This document shows positions 40,316 to 46,423 of a stretch of DNA of 46,423 nucleotides, piece after piece (within the stretch, counting starts at the first letter, position 1; each line of letters begins with the position of its first letter). The notes beneath the pieces are model-generated. The model was not told the DNA's origin, did not search any database, and saw only the letters and a program-made list of their open reading frames with translations. Position numbers and translations under genes: made by a program. Source of the stretch: Eubacteriales bacterium (lineage in GTDB: Bacteria; Bacillota; Clostridia; Oscillospirales; SIG627); the NCBI GenBank assembly GCA_045601445.1, contig JAZRZQ010000086.1:1-46423 (forward strand). Direction: 5' to 3'.

Positions 40316-41650
40316 TCACGCTTCTGCACGGTCGGTCAGGAGATACTTTCCTCCCGCGACCTTTTGCACGAGGCCTTTGATTTCAAGTTTGGTGAGGATC
40401 TTGAGCAGATCCGAGATTTTTTCGCCCTCCTGCAAAAGCACGTCTGCCAAGACAGGCTCGAACGTCAGGCGAGAATAAACCCTCCACTCGTCCGGTGCCA
40501 GATCGGGCAGAGCGGCAGAGGCTCTTTCCTTGGTTTTCTCCGATTCCTTTGCTTCCTTCTCCGTCTGCTCCCTTGCCTCCCGCTCGCGGATGGCGTCGTC
40601 CACCATCACAAATTCATATTCCGGCGGAATCGGCTTTTCCTCGTCCGCACGCTCGGAGCCGGGGAACAGATAGCCGCGAAGCTTCTTTTTCAGATCGGGC
40701 TTTTTCTTTTTCGGCGGGGTCTTTTCTTTGGCCTCGCTCTTACCGAAGAGCGGCAGAGCGCCCTTTAATTCGGGATAGGATCTTCGGTAATCCTCCACGA
40801 TGTCGTAGGCGCTGAGGCACGGCTTTGCACCTACCTTCAAGAGAAAATTGCTTCCGACCGAAGATGCGGCAAAGATGGAACCGGGAACGGCGTACAGCCC
40901 CTTTTCCTGCTTCAAGGCATCCTCCGCGGTAATCAAAGAACCGCTCTGCTCACTGCCCTCGATGACGCAGACCGCGTCGGAGATGGCAGAAATGAGGCGG
41001 TTTCTCACGGGGAAATTGCGACCGACGGGCGGAGTGCCCGGCGGATATTCGGTCATCAGAAGTCCCTTTCGGATGACCTGTTCATATAATTCGGTGTTTT
41101 CCTTCGGATATACGCGGTCAATGCCGCAACCGAGGATACCGACGGTAAAGCTTTCGTTATAAAGAGCGGCGCGATGTGCGGCGCTGTCGATGCCGCTGGC
41201 CATTCCCGAAGCAATGACCGCACCCGCACGGGCCAGATCGTAGGAAATGCGCTTGGCGGCGTGGATGCCGTATTCGCTCGGCTCGCGCGAGGCGACCACC
41301 GCTACGGTAAAACGGTTGTCAAAATCGCAGAAATTGCCGAGGTAGTAGAGCACCATCGGCTTATTGGGCAGGGCGCGAAAGCGCTGAGGATAGAAATAAT
41401 CCTCGGGCGTGGCGATGCCGATGCGATTGTCCTTACAATACTTCAAAATCGTTTCGGCACGCTCGAGATCCTTATTGCAGAGCTCTTCCTTATGGCCGTA
41501 GAAATTGGTATCGACTGCGTCGAAATCCTCCTCGCCGGCCTCGTAGATCGTTTCGGGCGAGCCGAAAAACTTCAGCAAGGTAGACGGCAAGACCGATCCC
41601 GGACGGCAGGCAAGCGAAAGCCACATCCAAAGCAAACGACGATCCTTCAT
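40316..41650 (-). CDS. dprA: DNA processing protein DprA (Smf)
   Basis: I use ATG at 41650 (MKDRRLLWMWLSL.., AAGGAGGA SD, ATGA overlap with the upstream gene). It has the motif GMASGIDSAAHRAAL. A C-terminal winged-helix-like region follows a ~90-aa K/E-rich linker. Confidence 0.88.
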   Translation of the reverse strand: MKDRRLLWMWLSLACRPGSVLPSTLLKFFGSPETIYEAGEEDFDAVDTNFYGHKEELCNKDLERAETILKYCKDNRIGIATPEDYFYPQRFRALPNKPMVLYYLGNFCDFDNRFTVAVVASREPSEYGIHAAKRISYDLARAGAVIASGMASGIDSAAHRAALYNESFTVGILGCGIDRVYPKENTELYEQVIRKGLLMTEYPPGTPPVGRNFPVRNRLISAISDAVCVIEGSEQSGSLITAEDALKQEKGLYAVPGSIFAASSVGSNFLLKVGAKPCLSAYDIVEDYRRSYPELKGALPLFGKSEAKEKTPPKKKKPDLKKKLRGYLFPGSERADEEKPIPPEYEFVMVDDAIREREAREQTEKEAKESEKTKERASAALPDLAPDEWRVYSRLTFEPVLADVLLQEGEKISDLLKILTKLEIKGLVQKVAGGKYLLTDRAEA

Positions 41651-42441
41651 CCGTTCCTCCTTGCCGTTTCCCACAGAAAAATAGCGGCCGCAACGGCGGC
41701 GTTGAGGCTTTCCGCCCCTTGAATCGGAATGATCGCACGCTGATCCGCACCCTCGACGGCCTCGCGGCTCAAGCCCTTGCCCTCGTTTCCGATCAGAATG
41801 CAAACGGGGGAGGAGAGGGTTGCACGTTCGATGCTGACCGCATCCTTGCCAAGGCAGGCGGCGACGCTGTGAACGCCCTTTTCCCGCAAAAACGAGAACA
41901 GCTCGTGAACGCTTGCAAACGAAAGGCGCGGGATGCGGCTGATCGCTCCCATGGAGGCGCGGACGGCCTTCGTCCCGAACGGATCGGCGCCGCCGACGAG
42001 CAGAACGCCGTCAAAGCCGAGCGCCAGCGCGGTACGAAGAACGGTGCCGAGGTTGCCCGGATCCTGCACGTTTTCCAGCGCGATCAGCTTCTCAAAGCGG
42101 CACAGGGGAAGAGCCTTCTCAAAGCGATCGCGGCGGTAGACCGAGACGATGCCCTGACTTCCCTTTTCGCTGGTGATTTTTTCGAACACGAACGGAAGGA
42201 GCGAATAACAGACGGTTTCGGGCGAGGGGGCAAGCGCCTTCTCAATGCGCTCCCGCTCCCGCTCGGCGTCGGTGGAGAGAAACACCGCTTCGGGATAAAG
42301 CCCGATCGCGGCAAAATCAAAAAAGAGCGTGAGCCCTTCGGCAACGAACAGCCCCGTCTCCTCCCGCTTCTTTTTTTCGTGAAGCGAAAAGGCGAGCTTA
42401 ACGCTCGGATTCTGACGGCTGGAAAGCAAGGTCCACTCCAT
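41647..42441 (-). CDS. TrmH/SpoU-family RNA 2'-O-methyltransferase
   Basis: 264 aa. It has the SpoU motifs NVQDPGNLGTVLRTA, LIGNEGKGLS and IPIQGAESLNAAVAAAIFLWE. Confidence 0.85.
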   Translation of the reverse strand: MEWTLLSSRQNPSVKLAFSLHEKKKREETGLFVAEGLTLFFDFAAIGLYPEAVFLSTDAERERERIEKALAPSPETVCYSLLPFVFEKITSEKGSQGIVSVYRRDRFEKALPLCRFEKLIALENVQDPGNLGTVLRTALALGFDGVLLVGGADPFGTKAVRASMGAISRIPRLSFASVHELFSFLREKGVHSVAACLGKDAVSIERATLSSPVCILIGNEGKGLSREAVEGADQRAIIPIQGAESLNAAVAAAIFLWETARRNG

Positions 42442-42482
42442 TTTTCTTCTCTCCTTTCCCGAGGATTTTGGTGATACCCTTT

Positions 42483-42512
42483 ATCATATACCAAATCGAG
42501 GGAATTTTGCAA
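42483..42512 (-). promoter_or_regulatory. Sigma-A-like promoter for the trmH-family/dprA/topA... string
   Basis: Minus strand: TTGCAA followed either by a 16-nt spacer and TGgTATATG, or by an 18-nt spacer and TATGAT. It lies about 45 nt upstream of ATG 42441. Confidence 0.5.
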
Positions 42513-42619
42513 GAGTTTTTTCATATAAATATTAAATAAAATGTAGAAAGTCGTTTTTTCGTTGAAAAACACAGGCAGACGCGTCCGAAGAGCTTTTTTG
42601 AAAAAAAGTGAAAAAACTC

Positions 42620-42648
42620 TATACAATTTCTTTTTTATGTGATATAAT
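42620..42648 (+). promoter_or_regulatory. Sigma-A-like promoter (extended -10) ending 7 nt before the rlmB ATG
   Basis: TATACA, 17-nt spacer, TGaTATAAT. The ATG at 42656 falls at the expected transcription start. Confidence 0.5.
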
Positions 42649-42655
42649 ACAAGAT

Positions 42656-43432
42656 ATGAGAAAAAAAGATTATGTTCCATCGGATTCGTCCCTTGAGCGA
42701 AAAGATCAGAGCGCACTTCCCGTCGCGGGGAGAAACGCGGTGCTGGAGCTTTTGACCTCAGGCAGAGACATTGAAAAGATTTACCTGCAACGCGACGGCA
42801 TCGGCTCTCTTCGCGTTATTTTAGCCAAAGCGAAGGAGAGAAAAATCCCGCTGGCTTGGGCGGACAAGGCCAAACTGACTGCTATGGCGGGCGGTTCATT
42901 CCACCAAGGCGCCGTTGCCTTTGCCGCACAAAAGGAATACGTTACCGTCGACGAGCTGTTTGCCATCGCCGAGGAGCGCGCAGAGTCCCCCTTTTTCGTC
43001 CTTGCGGACGGGATCGAGGACCCCCACAACCTCGGCGCGATCATCCGTTGCTGTGAAGGAGCGGGCGTACACGGGCTGATCCTGCCCAAGGCCAACGCCG
43101 TCGGCATCACGCCCACCGTCATCAAGGCAAGCGCGGGCGCGGCAGAGCATTTGGCGATCGCCAGAGTCTCCAATCTCGCACAAACGATTGATCGCCTTCG
43201 CGAAAGAGGGGTTTGGGTCTATGCGTGCGAGGCCGACGGAAAGCCCTACGATCAAACCGATTACAAGGGCCCGATCGCCATTGTGCTCGGCAGTGAGGGC
43301 TTCGGTGTTTCCCGTTTGGTCAAGGAAAAAGGCGACTTTATCGTTTCCTTGCCGATGAGGGGAAAGGTCAACTCTCTGAACGTATCCTGTGCCGCCGCCG
43401 TGATCCTGTACGAGGCGGTCAAATACCGATAA
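42656..43432 (+). CDS. rlmB: 23S rRNA (guanosine-2'-O)-methyltransferase RlmB (YacO-like)
   Basis: It has GRNAVLELL (SpoU substrate-binding domain), IEDPHNLGAIIRC, VLGSEGFGVS and VNSLNVSCAAAVILYE. I prefer ATG 42656 to the track's GTG at 42608, because neither start has an SD and the candidate promoter lies between them. Confidence 0.85.
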   Translation: MRKKDYVPSDSSLERKDQSALPVAGRNAVLELLTSGRDIEKIYLQRDGIGSLRVILAKAKERKIPLAWADKAKLTAMAGGSFHQGAVAFAAQKEYVTVDELFAIAEERAESPFFVLADGIEDPHNLGAIIRCCEGAGVHGLILPKANAVGITPTVIKASAGAAEHLAIARVSNLAQTIDRLRERGVWVYACEADGKPYDQTDYKGPIAIVLGSEGFGVSRLVKEKGDFIVSLPMRGKVNSLNVSCAAAVILYEAVKYR

Positions 43433-43471
43433 ATTCCGATCCATCCGATCAAGAAACAGAAAGGACAGCGT

Positions 43472-46165
43472 ATGGCTTCGATTTACCGATTCAGCAAAAA
43501 AAAGAAGCAAGATTCCGACGCGGAAAAGCGCCGCTCCTCCGACCCGTCCTTAATTATGAACGAGCCGATTCCCGAGCAGGAGGAGACACTCTCCGTTGTG
43601 CCCGAGCAAATCGAAACGGACGAGGAAAGCATTGAAAAAACGCGCGAGATCTGTCTCGACGAGCATCAGCGTCTGAATTTGGACGAGGCAGAGGACAAGG
43701 CCAAAGAGCCCGAGATCCCCGAAAACGCAGAAAATACCCGCGCCTTTGATCCCGAGGCGATTTTAATGCAAATCGAAGCGGAAATGCAAGAGGAAAAGCA
43801 AGCGCCGAAGGCAGAAGAAATCACGCTCGAGCCTGAAGCAAAGCCCGAGGAAACGGCAAAGCCCGAGGAAACGGCAAAGTCCGAGGAAACGGCAAAGCCC
43901 GAGTCCGAGGCCGTTCCGAGCTTTGAGGCTGACATTATGCAGCTTGCCGAGGCGGATCAGGAGGCGAGCGATCGATCGGCAGACGAGCTGCTCTCGCTTC
44001 TGCAAGCGACCACCGAGGTCGACACACAAAAAATGAACGAGGTCTTTGGTCACGCACCCCGTCAAGAGGCCGAGGGGAACGATCCGACCACGTCCCTGCT
44101 TTTGGAAATGTTCGGAATGCAACCCCAACAGCCTTCCGAAAACGGCCCTGCCGACGAGGAGCTTCGCGAGGTCTTTTCCGAGCGGCGCACGCTCAAGGAA
44201 GCGCTGGAGGAGGCCAAGCGTGTAAGCGATGCCGAAGAAGCGCAAGAGGACTCCTATGTTGCTATGCATAACGCGCCCGAGGAAAGCACGAAAACCTATG
44301 ACGGGCCCGCCACCATTGACGACATTTTAAACAGCATCCCACCGGATACGGCCGAACGCGGCGTTCCCAATATGGCCGACGAGGTTCACGTTCCCGAAGA
44401 TCCCTACAGCGACACCTATGAGGAGAACGAAGAGCGCAAGGAGCGCAGGCCCGTCCTGCCGGACGAGTTTACCGCGCAAGAGGAATTCGACGAATTTGCG
44501 GAGTATTTGAGAAATCGCAATTTCAAGGCCCTTGCCACCGTCGGCTGGTCCCTGCTTCTCTTTTTGGCAACGCTTTATTTGGAGAGCGCAACCTTCTCTT
44601 CTCTCTGGCATCCCTCCTTCCTTCGCCCCGACGGCATTTACAACATCATTTATCTTCTCGTTGATCTGCAGTTGATCCTGCTTTCCGCGGTGATGGTGCT
44701 TCGCCCCGTAACGGAAGGCGCCAGAGCGATGTTTACCGGAAAGCCGAACCGTAATTCCATTCCCTTTTTGTTCATTCTTCTCACCTGCGCACACGCGGTG
44801 ATTCTTCTGACGACCGATACCTCCGGCTATGCCTTGTACGGTTGTGTTGCTTCGTTTCTCGCGCTTTTGACGGCCTTCGCCGAGTTTTTGGAGGCCAAGC
44901 GCATTCATCGCAGCTTCCGCATTTGCGGCAGAGCGGGCGAAAAATGGGTGGCCGAGGCCGTTGGCGCGGACAGCCCCGAGGCTGAAGCCTTCCGCGATCA
45001 GCTTCAGGGAGAAGCAAGCTATTTCTCGGTTTACAAGACGAAGTTTATCGACGGATTCTTCCGCAGAATCAAAGAGCCCTCCAAGTCGGAGCGCTCCTAC
45101 GGAACGGCCATTTTGCTTTCTATGCTGGCATCCTTGGTGTTCGCCGTGTTCTCCTTTGCGAAAACGCCGGACTTCACGCACGCCGCCGGCCGCTTTATGA
45201 CCATGGCGGTGATGACCTTGCCGCTTTCGGCGGTATTCACGGTAGTGCTTCCCTTCTCTCATCTGTCCCGCAAGGCGGAAAAGAACAACAGCGCCATCAT
45301 CAGCGCCGCTGAGGCTGAAAAGTACGCTTCGGCTGACGTCGTTTCCTTTTCCGATAAAGAAATTTTCCCGCCCAAGAGTGTCAAGGTCACCACGATCCGC
45401 ACCTACGGACAGACCCGCATCGACAAGGCAATCCTTTACAGCGCCATGATCTTCCAAAAGCTTGGCGGCCCCCTATCGCTGGTGTTTAAGAAAACGATCT
45501 CCGGCGTGGTTGACGAGATCCCCGAAAACTTTGATTTTCTGGAGATCACGGCGGACGGGATGTGTGCCAAGATCGACGGCAAGGACGTTTTCGTCGGCAA
45601 CAAGAACTACCTGCTCTCGTACGACTTCGGTTATACGAGAGATTCGATGGATGAAAAATTCGAGGCCGCCTCGGGCAAGATTATGTATATGGTCATCGGC
45701 TCGGAGCTTGCCGCCAAATTCTACATCCGTTACTCCATCAGCAAGCGATTCAAGAAAACCATTTTGTCCCTGTATAAGTCGGGCATTTGTCCCGCTGTCA
45801 AGACCTGCGATCCGAATATTGATGCCGAGCTGTTCCGTGCCCTGCTGCAAAACAATTCGATTCCGGCGGGCATCATCAAAACCTGCGATGCGATGAAGGA
45901 CGCTCCCATTGCCGAGCACAGCGAAAGCACGGTGGTCTGTCATTCCACCATTGCCCAGCTTCTCAACACCTTCACCATTTGCGACTCGCTCCGACACCTG
46001 ATCCGCGCGAACGTGGTCATCAAGCTGCTTTCCGCGCTTTTGGGCATTGGCATCGTCATTTTCCTGTATTCGATCGAAAGTCTTACCAAGATCACGGGCC
46101 TGTTCGCCTTGATCTATCAGATGGTTTGGTTGATTCCCGTCATCATTCCGTCGCTGTCTGAATGA
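43472..46165 (+). CDS. Membrane protein with an acidic disordered N-terminus and a degenerate P-type (P1B-like) ATPase scaffold; function unknown
   Basis: 897 aa, with an AAGGA SD 6 nt upstream. Residues 1-350 are E/D-rich with no TM segment. TM segments and HAD-like P/N-domain remnants follow: SFSDKEIFPP in place of DKTGT, KTCDPN in place of TGDN, and CDAMKDAPIAE in place of GDGxNDAPAL. Confidence that the ORF is real is high. The family assignment was made by eye only. Confidence 0.6.
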   Translation: MASIYRFSKKKKQDSDAEKRRSSDPSLIMNEPIPEQEETLSVVPEQIETDEESIEKTREICLDEHQRLNLDEAEDKAKEPEIPENAENTRAFDPEAILMQIEAEMQEEKQAPKAEEITLEPEAKPEETAKPEETAKSEETAKPESEAVPSFEADIMQLAEADQEASDRSADELLSLLQATTEVDTQKMNEVFGHAPRQEAEGNDPTTSLLLEMFGMQPQQPSENGPADEELREVFSERRTLKEALEEAKRVSDAEEAQEDSYVAMHNAPEESTKTYDGPATIDDILNSIPPDTAERGVPNMADEVHVPEDPYSDTYEENEERKERRPVLPDEFTAQEEFDEFAEYLRNRNFKALATVGWSLLLFLATLYLESATFSSLWHPSFLRPDGIYNIIYLLVDLQLILLSAVMVLRPVTEGARAMFTGKPNRNSIPFLFILLTCAHAVILLTTDTSGYALYGCVASFLALLTAFAEFLEAKRIHRSFRICGRAGEKWVAEAVGADSPEAEAFRDQLQGEASYFSVYKTKFIDGFFRRIKEPSKSERSYGTAILLSMLASLVFAVFSFAKTPDFTHAAGRFMTMAVMTLPLSAVFTVVLPFSHLSRKAEKNNSAIISAAEAEKYASADVVSFSDKEIFPPKSVKVTTIRTYGQTRIDKAILYSAMIFQKLGGPLSLVFKKTISGVVDEIPENFDFLEITADGMCAKIDGKDVFVGNKNYLLSYDFGYTRDSMDEKFEAASGKIMYMVIGSELAAKFYIRYSISKRFKKTILSLYKSGICPAVKTCDPNIDAELFRALLQNNSIPAGIIKTCDAMKDAPIAEHSESTVVCHSTIAQLLNTFTICDSLRHLIRANVVIKLLSALLGIGIVIFLYSIESLTKITGLFALIYQMVWLIPVIIPSLSE
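43838..43903 (+). repeat. In-frame 18-nt tandem repeat (about 3.7 copies) encoding AKPEET units
   Basis: Three copies of gcaaagcccgaggaaacg (the third has one substitution) followed by a 12-nt partial copy. Confidence 0.9.
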
Positions 46166-46170
46166 CAAAC

Positions 46171-46192
46171 AGTGCCGATTTTCATCGGCACT
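46171..46192 (+). other. 8-bp hairpin between the 897-aa ORF stop and the tRNA, with no U-tract
   Basis: Stem agtgccga, loop ttttca, stem tcggcact, followed by catatcc. It is not a canonical terminator and may be a processing or stability element. Confidence 0.4.
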
Positions 46193-46197
46193 CATAT

Positions 46198-46271
46198 CCA
46201 CCCTTAGCGCAACTGGATAGAGCATCAGATTCCGATTCTGAAGGTTGGGAGTTCGAACCTCTTAGGGTGGG
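46198..46271 (+). tRNA. tRNA-Arg (anticodon CCG)
   Basis: A hand-folded 74-nt cloverleaf: acceptor stem CCACCCT/AGGGTGG, U8, D-arm GCGC-AACTGGATA-GAGC (G18 G19 and A20 present; one G-A mismatch), anticodon arm TCAGA-TTCCGAT-TCTGA, a 5-nt variable loop, and T-arm GGGAG-TTCGAAC-CTCTT. The discriminator base is G. CCA is not encoded. Confidence 0.85.
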
Positions 46272-46273
46272 GC

Positions 46274-46319
46274 AAAAAAGATACACCATTTGTCTACCGG
46301 ACAAATGGTGTTTCTTTTC
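46274..46319. terminator. Bidirectional intrinsic terminator after tRNA-Arg
   Basis: A 12-bp stem acaccatttgtc/gacaaatggtgt flanked by AAAAAAGA on the left and TTCTTTTC on the right. Confidence 0.8.
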
Positions 46320-46323
46320 AACT

Positions 46324-46395
46324 AAATCCACCCTTTCGGATGGGTGAAATCATCTCCGATGATGAAATCCGCCTCGACGGCGGGTGGGTGGATTT
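46324..46395. other. Unassigned structured, repeat-rich element (continues to the window edge)
   Basis: A 10-nt long-range inverted repeat, aaatccaccc (46324..46333) with gggtggattt (46386..46395), encloses two hairpins (46337..46371 and 46369..46383, partly overlapping). The motif gatgaaatc / gatttcatc occurs three times in crossing arrangements. Confidence 0.3.
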
Positions 46396-46423
46396 GATTT
46401 CATCTGCGTTAGCAGATTTCATC

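Noticed and set aside
41647-43432. Divergently transcribed pair of SpoU/TrmH-family methyltransferases, considered as a possible recent duplication or novel module.
   Set aside because: The two proteins are clearly different subfamilies (an RlmB/YacO-like protein versus a TrmH-family protein with its own N-terminal domain), with little sequence identity by eye. Both are common housekeeping genes.
43838-43903. Tandem direct repeats considered as a possible CRISPR array or minisatellite (also 23271..23330).
   Set aside because: The repeats are contiguous with no spacers, are only 15-18 nt long and are in frame within CDSs, where they encode peptide repeats. No cas genes are present.
46162-46347. 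A 61-aa plus-strand ORF spanning the tRNA and its terminator.
   Set aside because: It is fully explained by tRNA-Arg(CCG) and the terminator hairpin, and it has no SD.
46326-46392. A second, tRNA-like gene suggested by the acceptor-like TCCACCC/GGGTGGA pairing and the shared atccaccctt 10-mer with tRNA-Arg. Alternatively, an att-site duplication from an integrative element.
   Set aside because: The interior is only 52 nt, with no D-arm, no 7-nt TTCRANY T-loop and no anticodon arm. The duplicated 10-mer matches the 5' end of the tRNA, whereas integrase att duplications normally copy the 3' end. No integrase is visible in the window.
46318-46422. A possible 34-codon minus-strand ORF or gene 3' end (..ADEIKSTHPPSRRISSSEMISPIRKGGFS*) at the right edge.
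   Set aside because: It is too short to distinguish from chance. The repeated 9-mers fall in different frames, and the region is dominated by inverted repeats. It cannot be excluded, because the window ends here, so the region is reported only as an unassigned element.

Overview
This is a gene-dense, GC-rich chromosomal segment organised like a Firmicutes/Clostridia genome. The evidence is GGAGG-type Shine-Dalgarno (SD) sites, near-consensus sigma-A TTGACA/TATAAT promoters, and the gene groups rpsF-ssb-rpsR, plsX/rnc-smc-ftsY, nadD-yqeK-rsfS, dprA-topA, lepA-hemW and a ytvI-like gene. The taxon call is an inference only.

I call 42 protein-coding genes (38 on the minus strand, 4 on the plus strand) and one tRNA-Arg(CCG). 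I also call several intrinsic terminators, sigma-A-like promoters and two in-frame tandem repeats. Nearly everything is core housekeeping: DNA repair and recombination (uvrC, recA, recX, rarA, rmuC, dprA, topA, smc, ssb), translation (leuS, cysS, lepA, smpB, rpsF/R/U, rpmB, rRNA methyltransferases), envelope and lipid genes (pgsA, plsX, mltG, secG, ftsY), and asd, ptsH and cinA.

I see no integrase, transposase, CRISPR array, toxin-antitoxin pair, restriction system or recognisable defence gene, so I cannot honestly claim a new multi-gene system. The items most worth a second look are:
- An 897-aa membrane protein (43472..46165) that reads as a P1B-type ATPase scaffold with almost every catalytic motif replaced, fused to a ~350-aa acidic low-complexity N-terminus.
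- A single reading frame fusing NadD, YqeK and RsfS (30181..31764).
- A structured spacer plus terminator lying directly against the asd ribosome-binding site (RBS) (27221..27367).
- A repeat-rich, pseudoknot-capable element next to tRNA-Arg, cut off by the window edge (46324..46423).
- A long PRPP-synthetase-like gene wedged between recA and recX (7740..8906).
- Two very long promoter-poor gene strings that look like super-operons.

All homology statements come from reading motifs by eye. No searches were run.
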